NCBI GenBank assembly: GCA_963719225.1
Contig: CAVRAY010000001.1
Coordinates: forward strand, 2,016,001-2,080,000
Reading direction: 5' to 3'
DNA: 64,000 bases
Origin: Thermoanaerobaculia bacterium
Lineage (GTDB): Bacteria; Acidobacteriota; Thermoanaerobaculia; UBA5066
Every line of letters begins with the position of its first letter. The stretch's first letter is position 1. Both the position numbers and the translations under genes were made by a program. The notes beneath the pieces are model-generated. The model did not search any database. It saw nothing but the letters and a program-made list of their open reading frames with translations, and was not told the DNA's origin. This document shows positions 30,145-40,801 of the stretch, in pieces.

Positions 30145-31163
30145 CGTGCCCTCTCGCGGGCGGAGATCTTGCGCCGGGTCCGCCGCGCGATCGTGAAGCG
30201 ATCCGACGCGGCCTTCCGCGCGATCTCGTCGTGGACCTTTGCGGCGATCTCGCGCGCCGCGTTGAAGCCGCGGCGCTTGAGGAGCTGGTTTCGCGCCGCG
30301 ATCTCGACGAGAAGAGCGACGTCGCGGCCCGTCGCGACGGGCATTTTCACGCGCGGCACGGCCACTCCGAGGATGTCTTCGAACTCCTCGTCGAGTCCGA
30401 GGCGGTCGACCTTCTGCTGCGAATCCCAGTCGGTCAGCTGAATGACGAACTCCACCGTATGCCTCTCCAGAACGGCGGCCACGCCGAACAGCATCGGGAC
30501 GTTGACGATGCCGAGTCCGCGCAGCTCCATGTGATGCCGGATGAGTCCGGACGAAGATCCGATGAGCACGTCATTCGGGAACCGCTGGATGACGACGAGG
30601 TCGTCCGCCACGAGCCGGTGCCCGCGCTGAACGAGAGCCAGGGCGCACTCGCTCTTGCCGACGCCCGATTCGCCGAGAAGGAGCGTTCCGAGGCCCCCGA
30701 CCTCGAGGAGAACCCCGTGAAGGCTCGCGCGCGGCGCGAGCGACTCTTCGAGGAAGGCGGTCAGGCCTTCGATGACGATGCTCGTCATGCGCGACGTCAC
30801 GAAAAGGGGGACACGCCGCCTGCGGCAAAAGCCCGTGAGAACCCGACCGGGATCGATTCCCTTCGTGACGACGACGCAGGCCATCGGAAGCGCCGTGAAG
30901 CCATCGAGACGCTCGCGGGCGATGTTCGGGGGAAGCGTCTTGAGGAACGCGAACTCGCTCTCGCCGAGGATCTGGACGCGGTTCGGCTTCACGTATGCCG
31001 TGAAGCCCGCGATCGCGAGGCCGGGCTTCTGGACCCGGGGCCAGTCGATGAGTCGGTCGAGGCCCTGCTGTCCCGTGACCAGCTTGAGGCCGAGCGACGC
31101 GAGGGCGGTCGCCTGCAGATCGCCCGCATGGAGCGAAGGCTTCGATCCGCTCGGCGGCTGCAT
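30141..31163 (-). CDS. hprK: HPr kinase/phosphorylase
   Basis: LHGVLL, GESGVGKSE, LVADD, MELRGLGI. Confidence 0.95.
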   Translation of the reverse strand: MQPPSGSKPSLHAGDLQATALASLGLKLVTGQQGLDRLIDWPRVQKPGLAIAGFTAYVKPNRVQILGESEFAFLKTLPPNIARERLDGFTALPMACVVVTKGIDPGRVLTGFCRRRRVPLFVTSRMTSIVIEGLTAFLEESLAPRASLHGVLLEVGGLGTLLLGESGVGKSECALALVQRGHRLVADDLVVIQRFPNDVLIGSSSGLIRHHMELRGLGIVNVPMLFGVAAVLERHTVEFVIQLTDWDSQQKVDRLGLDEEFEDILGVAVPRVKMPVATGRDVALLVEIAARNQLLKRRGFNAAREIAAKVHDEIARKAASDRFTIARRTRRKISARERAR

Positions 31164-31166
31164 CGT

Positions 31167-31700
31167 CTACTCGGGGACGACGAGGCCGAGGGTTCCGTCG
31201 CGGCGGCGATAGAGAAAGCGCAACGCGTTGTCGAAAGCCGGATCGCGGAAGACCAGGACTTCGCGGCGCGACGCGGCAAACGTCGTGAGCGCGTCCTCCT
31301 CGAACATCGCGCGGGGAGCGAGCGTCTCACGCCGGGGCTCGGCGGCCGTTGCCGCCTCCGGTTGCTCGGCAGGCCAGACCGCTGGACTTCGGACCGCGGA
31401 CGGCGAGCGTTTCTTGACGCCCTTCACCTTCGTGTTCGTCTTGACGACCCGAGCGGCGACCCGGTCCATGACGTCCTGCGCGGCGCTCGGCTGGTCCGCG
31501 GCGCGCGCGGTGGCGGTGAAAATGCCCCGGCGTCCGGCCACGGTGACCTCGACCCCGACATCGTTGCGGCCTCCCGTCACCACGACGCGCGCCTCCGCGC
31601 GACCCGGCAGAACCCGTTCGAGCTTCGTGAGCTTCGTCTGGATGATCTCGCGCAAGCGCGGGTGCAGACGGATGTGCCGGGCCGTGAAAGTCGCCTTCAT
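31167..31700 (-). CDS. hpf: Ribosome hibernation promoting factor (long HPF-like)
   Basis: Downstream of rpoN; C-terminal VFRD...LYRRRDGTLGLV. Confidence 0.8.
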   Translation of the reverse strand: MKATFTARHIRLHPRLREIIQTKLTKLERVLPGRAEARVVVTGGRNDVGVEVTVAGRRGIFTATARAADQPSAAQDVMDRVAARVVKTNTKVKGVKKRSPSAVRSPAVWPAEQPEAATAAEPRRETLAPRAMFEEDALTTFAASRREVLVFRDPAFDNALRFLYRRRDGTLGLVVPE

Positions 31701-33337
31701 GATTCCTCCTGCGGGCCGTCCGGATTCGGCCCGTCGGCCGGCTCCGGATCCGCCGCGTGCTCTTCGGACGCGGGCAGGGGTTCGCCGACGCGGCGAATGG
31801 AGCTCGCGGGGATGCGCAACTCCTCGCGATACTTTGCGACGGTGCGGCGCGCGATGCGGATCCCGTCCCTGAGGAGCAGCTCGGCCAGGCGCGCGTCCGA
31901 GAGCGGATGGGCCGGGTCCTCGGCTTCGACGAGGCTCCGGATCTTCCCCTTCACCGCGAGGGAGGACACGTCCTCTCCCATCGACGAGGCGATCGCAGAA
32001 TGGAAGAAGAACTTCATCGGGACGAGGCCGCGCGGCGTCGCCATCCACTTGTTCGACACGACGCGCGAGACCGTGGATTCGTGCATCCCGATGTCCTCGG
32101 CGACGTCGCGGAGGACGAGAGGCTTGAGGTAGGCGACGCCGTAGTCGAAGAACTCGTGTTGCTTCTTGACGATCGACTCGGCGACGCGGACGATCGTGCG
32201 CTTTCTCTGGTCGAGACTCTTCAGGAGCCATTGCGCGGCGCGCATCTTCTCCCTCAGGTAGCTCTTCCCTTCCCCGTCCAGGGCGCCGTCCCGCGCGAGG
32301 AGCATGCGCCGGTAGAGCGCGGACACGCGCAGCCGCGGCAGGCCGTCGTCGTTGAACAGGACGACGTACTCGTCCTCGACCTTCACGACGGCCACGTCTG
32401 GCTCCACGTAGATCGTCCGGGACGAGTCGTAGGCGCGTCCCGGCTTCGGATCCAGGCTCCTGATCCAGTCCAGGGCCTGCTGGATCTCCTCGACCGGCAC
32501 GTTCATCTGGCGTGCGAGAAGCGCCGCCGGCTTCGAGCCGAGCTCCGCGAAGCGATGCGTGACGAGCTCCACGAGAAGGGGCGTGGCGATGTTGGCGGCC
32601 CGCGCCTGGAGGAGGAGGATCTCGGCGAGATCCCTCCCACCGACGCCGCACGGGTCGAAGGACTGCAGGAGCGCGAGGGCCTTCTCGGCGGTCTCCATCG
32701 CGCAGGGCACCGCGGCGGACACTTCGTCGAGCGTCGCCCTCAGGCACCCGTCGGGATCCACGTTGCCGATCAGGAACCCGCAGGCCTCCCGCACTCCGGG
32801 AGGCGCGTCCGAAACTCCGAGCTGCTCCGTGAGATGCGCCTCCAGGCCTGGTGGGGCGTCGGCACGGTTCTCGAGCGAGAACTCCTCGGCCTGCTCGCTC
32901 ATCCGCGGCGCCGTCGCCGTCGAGTCCATGTAGTCGCCGAAGTAGGCCTCGAGGTCGATGTCCCCGAGCGCGTCCTGGAGGGTCTCGGACGGCGCCTCGA
33001 CCACGGGCTCGGGAGCGGGCGGCTCGGCGGTTCCGGCGGTCATGGGCTCGGGGGCGCCTTCGGCATCCTCGGGTCCTGCGTCGCCGCTCTCGGGCGCCGT
33101 GCCCCCCGTCTCGGCGAGCTCGCGCTCACGCGTCTCGGCGGCGCCGGAATCGTCGTCCGGGGTGCCGGGGTTCTCGGGGTCCTGCTCCTCGAGCACCGGG
33201 TTCGAGACGAGTTCCTGGTTCACGACGTCCTGCAGCTCGAGGCGCGTCATCTGCAGCAGCTTGATGGCCTGCTGCAGCGTCGGCGTCATGACGAGCCGCT
33301 GCGAGAGCCTCAGCGAGAGTTTCTGTTCGAGTCCCAA
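31697..33337 (-). CDS. rpoN: RNA polymerase sigma-54 factor
   Basis: MTPTLQQAIKLLQ, HESTVSR, RpoN box ARRTVAKYRE. Confidence 0.97.
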   Translation of the reverse strand: MGLEQKLSLRLSQRLVMTPTLQQAIKLLQMTRLELQDVVNQELVSNPVLEEQDPENPGTPDDDSGAAETRERELAETGGTAPESGDAGPEDAEGAPEPMTAGTAEPPAPEPVVEAPSETLQDALGDIDLEAYFGDYMDSTATAPRMSEQAEEFSLENRADAPPGLEAHLTEQLGVSDAPPGVREACGFLIGNVDPDGCLRATLDEVSAAVPCAMETAEKALALLQSFDPCGVGGRDLAEILLLQARAANIATPLLVELVTHRFAELGSKPAALLARQMNVPVEEIQQALDWIRSLDPKPGRAYDSSRTIYVEPDVAVVKVEDEYVVLFNDDGLPRLRVSALYRRMLLARDGALDGEGKSYLREKMRAAQWLLKSLDQRKRTIVRVAESIVKKQHEFFDYGVAYLKPLVLRDVAEDIGMHESTVSRVVSNKWMATPRGLVPMKFFFHSAIASSMGEDVSSLAVKGKIRSLVEAEDPAHPLSDARLAELLLRDGIRIARRTVAKYREELRIPASSIRRVGEPLPASEEHAADPEPADGPNPDGPQEES

Positions 33338-33398
33338 TGTTTTTCCGAAGCTCCCGTCAGCCGGGAGTCACCGTGATTCTAGCGCCGCGCCTCGGGGC

Positions 33399-34136
33399 TC
33401 AGTCGAGCCGGAAGCGTTCGCCGAGATAGACGCGTCGCACCTCGGGGTCCGAGGAGAGCTCGGCGGGCGAGCCCGCCCTGAAGATGGCGCCCGTGTTGAT
33501 GATGTAACCACGATCCACGATCGCGAGGGTGTCCCGCACGTTGTGGTCCGTGATGAGCACCCCGATGCCGGCGGCCGCGAGGTCGCGGATCACGCGCTGG
33601 ACGTCGAGGACCGTGATCGGGTCGATCCCTGCGAACGGCTCGTCGAGCAGCATGAAACGGGGAGACAGGGTCAGGGCGCGGGCGATCTCGAGCCGGCGTC
33701 GCTCTCCTCCCGAAAGCGTGTCGGCCACCGCATGGGCGAGGTGCGAGAGATTGAAGCGGTCGAGAAGGCCGCGCGCCGTTTCCTCGCGCGCGGCGCGCTC
33801 TCCGGGCAGAGTCTCGAGGATCGCGAGGAGGTTCTCGAGGGCGGTCATTTTCCGGAAGATGGACGCTTCCTGGGGAAGGTAGCCGAGGCCGCGCCTCGCG
33901 CGCCGGTACATCGGGAGCGTCGTGACGTCCTCCCCGTCGAGGAGCACGGAACCCCCGTCGGGCTCGACGAGGCCGACGACGATCGAGAACGTCGTCGTCT
34001 TCCCCGCCCCGTTCGGACCGAGGAGGCCCACGACCTCTCCCGCCGCGACGAGGATCGAGACGCCGTTGACGACCGTGCGGCCCCGGTAGGCCTTGGAGAG
34101 GTTCCGGGCGTCCAGGACGGCTCCGTTCCCGTTCAT
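33399..34136 (-). CDS. lptB: LPS export ABC ATPase
   Basis: [36 protein letters not shown]. Confidence 0.96.
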   Translation of the reverse strand: MNGNGAVLDARNLSKAYRGRTVVNGVSILVAAGEVVGLLGPNGAGKTTTFSIVVGLVEPDGGSVLLDGEDVTTLPMYRRARRGLGYLPQEASIFRKMTALENLLAILETLPGERAAREETARGLLDRFNLSHLAHAVADTLSGGERRRLEIARALTLSPRFMLLDEPFAGIDPITVLDVQRVIRDLAAAGIGVLITDHNVRDTLAIVDRGYIINTGAIFRAGSPAELSSDPEVRRVYLGERFRLD

Positions 34137-36148
34137 GAGCGCTCCGGCTTGAGGATCGTTTCGGTCGGCACCGACTGGTCGGTTTCCACGTCCACCTGGG
34201 AGCGCCCCTGCCGGAACGTCAGGATCGCGCCCGTCGAGCGGTTCCCCTTCCCGTCCAGCGCGGTCGCCGGCGCGCCTTCCAGCGTGACGGCCTCGGTCTG
34301 GGGGCGCCACATGGCCTTCGTGCCCTCTCCCCTCCTGTGCTGGGCGCGGTCCTCCACGACGACGGTGCCGCGCGCCTCGGTGTATTCGATGGCGCGGTCG
34401 GCCGCGAGGCGGATGTCCGTGACGTCGGAGCTCATCGTCCAGGTTCCGGACGTCATCGTCGCATGCCCTTCCAGCCGGACGAACCGGTCCTGTTCGCGAT
34501 GGAAGAGGGTGTCACCGGTCGCATTGACCGTCTCCCCGGAGCGTCCGGCCGGCGGCGGCCGCGTTCCCTTGACCGGAGTCGTCTCGCGCCGGAAAAAGGC
34601 CCGGACCTTCTGTTCGGCCCGGAGGGTCCTTGCGGAATCGTCCACCTCGAGGTGGCCGCAACGCAGCACGTTCTCGTTCTGCCACGCGCGGACCGACCCT
34701 CCGAGGACGAGCTTCTGGGAACGCCCGAGGAACTGCAGGGTCTCCGACTCGGAGAAGAACGGGCTCTTCCCGTCTCCGCCGAGGAACCCGGGCCGTCCCG
34801 CGCCGGGAAGGTACGAGGCCTTCACGGAGCCGGCCGCGTCCAGGCGTTCCTCGCGCGCGCTCCAGGAGAGGGTTCGAGCGGTGATGGCGCCCCGCTCGTC
34901 GTGATAACGGGCGGGGACGTCCCGCTCTCCTGAAAACACCGCGGTGTCGTCGCCTCCACGCAGCGTGCCATGCGGCGCCTGCAGGACCGCTCGCGTCCCG
35001 TCCGCCGCTTCCACGCCGCTCTCGAACGTCGCCGTTTCGATCGAGCGCCCGTCCGCCTGGAAGAGGATGCGCGCGAAGCCCGCCGCGAGCGTCCTGAGGC
35101 CGGACCCGGGCGGTCCCCCGGCGCGGCTGCTCTCGGCGGCATCGAGGTGCACGGGCACCGTCAGCTCCCGAAATCGTCCTCTCTCGAATCGCCCCGAGAA
35201 GCGTTGGGCTCGGGCGCGGCGCGCTCCCTCCCCGGCCGAGGGACCGAGATCGAGCCGCGCGGGCACGTCCGCCTGGCCTTCCGCCGCGAGTGTGGCGGGC
35301 TGTCCGGAGGCGTCTACCTTCATCTCGAGGACGTCTCCCTGGGCCGTGAGCGCCGCCGGAGGCTGGGCCCCCGCGGGGAGCACGAGGAGGCGCGCATTCA
35401 CCGTCGCCTTCAGGTTGCTGCCCCCCTCCTCTTCGAGCCGCGAGAGGGATTCGCTACGGAGGACGAAGCGGTCGGTCTTCAGCACGGCGCCGCCCGTTGC
35501 TTCCATCCTTCCTTCGCGCGAGAGGACGACGTGCGGCGCGGCCAGGTCGAAGGCCCGCCCTCCGTCACCCCGCCCTCGCAGGCGAGCCTCTCCTTCGAGG
35601 ACGAGGCGCCCGTCGCGGACGTCGACTCGTCCCGAGTCCGCGTTCGCCACGAGGCCGCCGCGGAGCGCGGCGACCGGCCCCTCCGAGGCCAGAACCCTCA
35701 TCGCGGGCTCGTACCGGAAGGAAGCCGCCTTCACGCTCGTCTCGTCGCCCTCGATCCTCACATCGTCGAAAACCCGGAAGGCGCGCGAACCTTCGACGAG
35801 CTCCGCCCGCGGTGCCCGGACCGAGACGATCTGCGCCCGGGCGCCCTCCCGGGACTCGAAGACGACATCCTTGAGCCGAAAGACCTTCTCTCCCTTCTCC
35901 TCGAACTTCACCGCCTCGGACGCGCGCACGCGGTATCGGCCCTCGGAAGCGCGCGTCTCGTCGTACTGGAAGTCGCGGAAGCGCATCGTGTCGCGTTTCC
36001 CCCCGGCCTCGCGAAGCAGGGTTTCGGCGACGGGGTCGCGGGCGCCTTCCGTCCGGGCGCCGGGCTTGCGATACGAGACGAGGACGACGAGCGTGAACAC
36101 CGCGGCTGCGACCGCGACCGACGCCCGCGCGATCCGCCGGCGCGTCAT
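34133..36148 (-). CDS. Large LptC/LptA-like beta-jellyroll protein with N-terminal membrane anchor
   Basis: Single N-terminal TM, repeated beta-rich OstA-like segments, directly upstream of lptB. Confidence 0.7.
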   Translation of the reverse strand: MTRRRIARASVAVAAAVFTLVVLVSYRKPGARTEGARDPVAETLLREAGGKRDTMRFRDFQYDETRASEGRYRVRASEAVKFEEKGEKVFRLKDVVFESREGARAQIVSVRAPRAELVEGSRAFRVFDDVRIEGDETSVKAASFRYEPAMRVLASEGPVAALRGGLVANADSGRVDVRDGRLVLEGEARLRGRGDGGRAFDLAAPHVVLSREGRMEATGGAVLKTDRFVLRSESLSRLEEEGGSNLKATVNARLLVLPAGAQPPAALTAQGDVLEMKVDASGQPATLAAEGQADVPARLDLGPSAGEGARRARAQRFSGRFERGRFRELTVPVHLDAAESSRAGGPPGSGLRTLAAGFARILFQADGRSIETATFESGVEAADGTRAVLQAPHGTLRGGDDTAVFSGERDVPARYHDERGAITARTLSWSAREERLDAAGSVKASYLPGAGRPGFLGGDGKSPFFSESETLQFLGRSQKLVLGGSVRAWQNENVLRCGHLEVDDSARTLRAEQKVRAFFRRETTPVKGTRPPPAGRSGETVNATGDTLFHREQDRFVRLEGHATMTSGTWTMSSDVTDIRLAADRAIEYTEARGTVVVEDRAQHRRGEGTKAMWRPQTEAVTLEGAPATALDGKGNRSTGAILTFRQGRSQVDVETDQSVPTETILKPERS

Positions 36149-37908
36149 CCCGGCGCCGCCGGCATGAGGTCCACGACGGTGAGCGCGGGACGCCCGGTGA
36201 AGGAATCGATCGCGAGGTTTCCCGCCACGTCCACTCGCCCGGCCCGCTCGGCGGGAGGAATGTCGGCGAGCGTCCACCCGACCGCCTCGAGGCGCCTTCC
36301 GTTCGAGGTGAGCGAGACGCGCAGGCCGCGCTCGCCCACCGCTCGGCCGCGGCCGTCCCACTCCATTCCCCGGAAGCGGAGGAGCGGCTTTGGATTCTCC
36401 TGCCCGTGGGGCTCGAGCCGTTGCAGCGCGCGCGCGAGGAAGTCGTCCGCCTCGGGCGCCTCCGCGTCGGTATCGACGAGGAGTTCCTCGGCCCACTCGT
36501 CTTCGTCGCGGGCCTCGGCGAAGGCCGCCCGCAGGTCTTCGCGAAACGCGTCGAAGGACGTCGCCGGCAGAGTCAGGCCGAGCGCGGCGGCATGACCCCC
36601 GAACTCGGACGTGTAGCGCCTCGCCACGGGTGCCAGACGTTCGAAGAGCGGGGTCCTCCCATGCGTGCGCCCGCTGCCCGACACGACGTCTCCTTCCCGG
36701 GCGAGGAGCAGCACGGGGCGAGCCAGCTCCTTCGCGACCCGCGATGCGGCGATGCCGAGGACGCCGCGGTGCCAGCCGTCCACCGCCTCTCCCGCCTCCA
36801 CGACGATGGCGTCGCGCGTCGGGTCGAAGAGGCTCGCGAGGCGCCTCAGAACGGCGTCGACGACGCGCTGCTGCACCTCCCGCCGTTCGTCGTTCGCGGC
36901 TTCGATCTCGTCGGCGAGAACCTCGGCGCGGGCGGCGTCCGAGGTCGTGAGCAGCTCGAAAGCCCGTGCGGCGTGGTCGAGCCGCCCCATGGCGTTCAAG
37001 CGAGGGGCGATGCGAAACGCGACTTCGCGCGTCGAGGGAGCGCGGCCGGCGGGAACGCCCGCTCGTCTCAGGAGGGCGGCGAGCCCGGGAGCGCGCGGAT
37101 CGGCGAGGCCCGAGAGGCCCCACGAGACGAGAACGCGGTTCTCCCCCGTGAGCGGCACCATGTCGGCCACGGTCGAGATCGCCGCGATCTTCGCGAGAGA
37201 GGCGAGCCAGCGGCGGCGGGCGGCGGCGTCCATCCCGACGCGCTCGCCGGAGTGGATGAACAGCGCTTCCGCCAGCTTCCAGGCGAGGCCGGCGCCGCAA
37301 AGCTCCTTGAACGGGTAACGGCAGCCCGGGAGCTTCGGGTCGACGAGGACGGCCCCTTCCGGCAGCGCGGCCGGAGGCAGGTGATGGTCGGTGACGACGA
37401 CGTAGACGCCCCGGCCCGTGGCCTCCGCGACCGTTTCGACGGCGGTAATGCCGCAATCCACCGTCACGATTCCTTCGGGATCGTGCTGCTCGAGCGCCCG
37501 CCGGAGCGTCGGGGCGCGAAGGCCGTAGCCGTCGTGCAGTCGATGCGGGATGAACGGGCGCGCGTCGGCGCCCAGCTTCGTGAGGGCCGTCGTGAGGATC
37601 GCGAGCGCGCCGACGCCGTCGCAGTCGTAGTCGCCGAAGACCACGACACGTCCGCCTCGCCGGGCCGTCTCGGCGAGGCGCTCGACCGCGGCGGGCAGAC
37701 CCGCCATCGCGAACGGGTCGTGAAGCGCGTCCGCCGCGGGCGCGAGGTGCGTCCGCGCGGCCTCGACGTCGTCGAATCCCCGCGCCGCCAGAACGCGCGC
37801 CGCCGCGGCGGGCAGTCCGAGCTCGCGGGAGAGACGATCCGCCGCGTCCGGATGCTGGGGCCGAAGTTGGCGCCGCACGAGACGCGGTGTGCGCGCCGGG
37901 GCGCTCAC
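36145..37908 (-). CDS. recJ: ssDNA-specific exonuclease
   Basis: GDYDCDG, TVDCG, TDHH, PRLNAMGRL, GGHAAALG. Confidence 0.93.
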   Translation of the reverse strand: MSAPARTPRLVRRQLRPQHPDAADRLSRELGLPAAAARVLAARGFDDVEAARTHLAPAADALHDPFAMAGLPAAVERLAETARRGGRVVVFGDYDCDGVGALAILTTALTKLGADARPFIPHRLHDGYGLRAPTLRRALEQHDPEGIVTVDCGITAVETVAEATGRGVYVVVTDHHLPPAALPEGAVLVDPKLPGCRYPFKELCGAGLAWKLAEALFIHSGERVGMDAAARRRWLASLAKIAAISTVADMVPLTGENRVLVSWGLSGLADPRAPGLAALLRRAGVPAGRAPSTREVAFRIAPRLNAMGRLDHAARAFELLTTSDAARAEVLADEIEAANDERREVQQRVVDAVLRRLASLFDPTRDAIVVEAGEAVDGWHRGVLGIAASRVAKELARPVLLLAREGDVVSGSGRTHGRTPLFERLAPVARRYTSEFGGHAAALGLTLPATSFDAFREDLRAAFAEARDEDEWAEELLVDTDAEAPEADDFLARALQRLEPHGQENPKPLLRFRGMEWDGRGRAVGERGLRVSLTSNGRRLEAVGWTLADIPPAERAGRVDVAGNLAIDSFTGRPALTVVDLMPAAPG

Positions 37909-38855
37909 GCGCTCTCCCAGGCCCCCATGGCGCGAAACTTCGCATAGCGCGCCTCGAGCAGCGCCTCGACAGGCAGGCGCGCGAGCCGCTCCAGCCTTTC
38001 GTCGATCGCCCGGCCGACGGTGTCGATGGTCGCGACGGGATCCGCGTGGGCGCCGCCGGGAGGCTCCGGCAGCACCTCGTCGATGACGCCGAGCGCCTTG
38101 CAGTCGGCCGCGGTCACGCGCATCGCCTCCGCGGCCTCCTTGGCGCGGGCCTGGTCCTTCCAGAGGATCGCGGCGCACCCCTCGGGCGAGATCACGGAAT
38201 AGACGGAGTGCTCGAGCATGAGGACGACGTCCCCGATGCCGATCCCGAGCGCTCCGCCGGATCCTCCCTCGCCGATGACGGTCGCCACGATCGGCGTGCG
38301 AAGCGACGCCATCTCCAGGAGATTGCGCGCGATGGCCTCCGCGACGCCCCGCTCCTCGCTTTCGAGGCCCGGGAACGCGCCCGGCGTATCGATGAACGAG
38401 AGGACGGGCTTCCCGAACTTCTCGGCGAGCTTCATGATGCGCAGCGCCTTGCGGTAGCCTTCGGGCCTCGGCATTCCGAAGTTGCGCCGGATCTTCTCCC
38501 GCGTGTCGCGGCCCTTCTGGTGCCCGATCACCGCCACCGCGCGGTCTCCGAGAAACCCGAAGCCCGCGACGATGGCGGGATCGTCGGCGAAGGCGCGGTC
38601 GCCGTGCCACTCCACGAAATCGCGGATGAGGATGCGCACGTAGTCGAGCGTGAAGGGCCGGTTCGGGTGCCGCGCGACGAGGGTCTTCTGCCAGGGCGTG
38701 AGGTTCTCGTAGATCTCGCGGGAGACCTTCTGGAGCTTCTCCTCGAGCTTCTCGACCTCGCGATCGCGCGCGGGGCTGTCCGCGAAGGTCTTCAGCTCCT
38801 CGAGCCGCCGCCGCACGCGCTGGATCGGCTCTTCGAACTGGGCCTCGTTCGCCAC
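37905..38855 (-). CDS. accA: Acetyl-CoA carboxylase carboxyltransferase alpha
   Basis: ARHPNRP, FGMPRPEGYRKA, GEGGSGGAL; TGcTACAGT 6 nt before GTG suggests leaderless mRNA. Confidence 0.96.
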   Translation of the reverse strand: MANEAQFEEPIQRVRRRLEELKTFADSPARDREVEKLEEKLQKVSREIYENLTPWQKTLVARHPNRPFTLDYVRILIRDFVEWHGDRAFADDPAIVAGFGFLGDRAVAVIGHQKGRDTREKIRRNFGMPRPEGYRKALRIMKLAEKFGKPVLSFIDTPGAFPGLESEERGVAEAIARNLLEMASLRTPIVATVIGEGGSGGALGIGIGDVVLMLEHSVYSVISPEGCAAILWKDQARAKEAAEAMRVTAADCKALGVIDEVLPEPPGGAHADPVATIDTVGRAIDERLERLARLPVEALLEARYAKFRAMGAWESA

Positions 38856-38938
38856 GGGGAGACTGTAGCAGAGGGACCCGCGCATCGCTCGACAGAGGCG
38901 GAGCTTCGGGGCAAGCTCTGAAGAGAGATTTTCTGAGA

Positions 38939-39877
38939 ATGGAAGAGAGGACGCCCTCGGGTTCTTCCGCGTTGGTGTGCCCGGCCTGTCACGGCGCACT
39001 TTCGGAGTCCGCTTTGGCGCTCGCGTGTCTGGCCTGCGGCCGCTCGTTTCCCGTCGACGACGGCATCGCGGACTTCGCCGAGGGCCGGTACTTCATCGAC
39101 CATCCGGATCCGACCACGCTCTCCGAGGATGTGCGTCGCGGGATGGCGAATGAGAACGAAGGCCGCCGTATCGACGATTACTACTTGCCGATCCTGCGCG
39201 CGGCAGGCGCGCGCCGCGTCCTCGATTCCGGCTGCGGCAACGGTGAGGCGGTGGACGTCCTCCTGGACGCTGGCTTCGACGCGTGGGGACACGACCTCTC
39301 GGCGTTCCGGAAGTGGCAGTGGGGTGCGCGCCGCAGGCGGGATCGACTCGTCGTCGCCGACGGCCTGAAGTTGCCGTTCGCGGACGGGTTCTTCGACGCC
39401 GTGATCTCCTCGGGCGTCCTCGAGCACATCGGCGTCTCAGAGCGCGGCGGGCCCGGAATCTACGAGGTCTCACCGCTCCCTGACCGCGACGCGAGGCGGT
39501 GGGCCTTTCTTGCGGGACTCGTGCGGGTCCTCGCGCCGCGAGGGACGCTCTACCTCGACTTTCCGAACGGTGCCTTCCCCATCGACTTCTGGCACGGGCC
39601 GACCGCCGGTGGGGCACGGTGGCATTCACCTGTCGAAGGATTCCTTCCGAGGGTGAGAGAGATCCGACGGCTCGCGGAGCGCCTGGAGCCCCCTCTCTTG
39701 GTCTCCGTGCGCTCGCCGCACCGCAGGCTGCGCTTCAACCAGGTGGGCGCACACTGGTATGGTCGCTTCTTCCGCGCTCCGATGGCGGGCTTCTACGCGC
39801 TTACGGCGGTTCGGGGCTTCACGTGGCTCGCCGCGACCCCGCTTAATCCCTACCTGACCCTGTCGCTACGCCGCTGA
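38939..39877 (+). CDS. Class I SAM methyltransferase with N-terminal Trm112-like Zn knuckle
   Basis: CPAC..CLAC, VLDSGCGNG, LPFADGFFD, VLEH. Confidence 0.8.
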   Translation: MEERTPSGSSALVCPACHGALSESALALACLACGRSFPVDDGIADFAEGRYFIDHPDPTTLSEDVRRGMANENEGRRIDDYYLPILRAAGARRVLDSGCGNGEAVDVLLDAGFDAWGHDLSAFRKWQWGARRRRDRLVVADGLKLPFADGFFDAVISSGVLEHIGVSERGGPGIYEVSPLPDRDARRWAFLAGLVRVLAPRGTLYLDFPNGAFPIDFWHGPTAGGARWHSPVEGFLPRVREIRRLAERLEPPLLVSVRSPHRRLRFNQVGAHWYGRFFRAPMAGFYALTAVRGFTWLAATPLNPYLTLSLRR

Positions 39878-40742
39878 ATCTCCTCGAGAATCCGGGCGCG
39901 ACGAAGTCTTCGCTCCCCCAGAGAAGAAGTTGAAGAACGAGGCGAGGTGTGCGCGCGGGAGGCACGGCCTTGTGGAAGCACGTTGGGTCCTCGAGGAAGC
40001 CCGTCCCCGCTGGTCCCAGGATGGTTCGAAGGCTTGCACGACCGTAGACGCCCTCGATTTCCGCGTCCTCACGCCAGCGGCTCGCGGAGAACTGGTGACG
40101 CAGAGCCTTGCGGCGGTGGCTACCGAGTACGCAGACATGAGGGCCGGCGTTCTCGTCGACGTCCGTTAAATAGAAGAAGCCACTGAGAGAACGCCATGCA
40201 TAGAGGTCGAAATGGAATCGCCGCCCCGTCTGAATCTCCTCCGAGGCGGAACCCTTTTGGGGAAAGCTCCACCAGACACGGCTACCGAGAAAACGACTCT
40301 CTCGTCCAAGCACCCGGCAGGCGAGAGGGTGCAGGTGCAGGGTGATGGTCTCCACCGGCGCCCAGACCGCCGTTTCCTCGTAGCACGCGACAATGGGACC
40401 TCCCGCGGCCTCGTATGAGGGCGCGAGGGGGTGTAACGCGGCGCGACTCTCGCGCTCCCGCGCGAGGCCGCGAATTGCTGCGAGACTCCCGGCGCTCAAG
40501 CGTAGCCCTTGAGCGAAACCCTGATGGAACAGGTCGCGCAAGATCGCAGTCTCATCGAACGGCTCTAGCGGAACATCTGCTGCGCTCTCGCGACGACGTG
40601 CGTGGGCAAGGAAGGTTCCTTTTGGAAGCCGCGGGCGCGTAAAGCGGGCGAGGGCGTACATCGAAAGCCATTCGGCCCGCCTCAAGGGTCCGGCGCCATT
40701 CTCCCGGATGACCTTCAGACAGGTACTCAGGTAGCTGATCAT
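39843..40742 (-). CDS. Phytanoyl-CoA dioxygenase-like 2OG-Fe(II) oxygenase
   Basis: FHFD, FYLTDVDENAGPH..GSH, distal FHK. Confidence 0.7.
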   Translation of the reverse strand: MISYLSTCLKVIRENGAGPLRRAEWLSMYALARFTRPRLPKGTFLAHARRRESAADVPLEPFDETAILRDLFHQGFAQGLRLSAGSLAAIRGLARERESRAALHPLAPSYEAAGGPIVACYEETAVWAPVETITLHLHPLACRVLGRESRFLGSRVWWSFPQKGSASEEIQTGRRFHFDLYAWRSLSGFFYLTDVDENAGPHVCVLGSHRRKALRHQFSASRWREDAEIEGVYGRASLRTILGPAGTGFLEDPTCFHKAVPPARTPRLVLQLLLWGSEDFVAPGFSRRFSGVATGSGRD

Positions 40743-40801
40743 GTCCGCGGAGGTAGTGTCTCGCAGCGGGCGGTGCCTACAGCAGGTTCGACACGCCGAC
40801 G

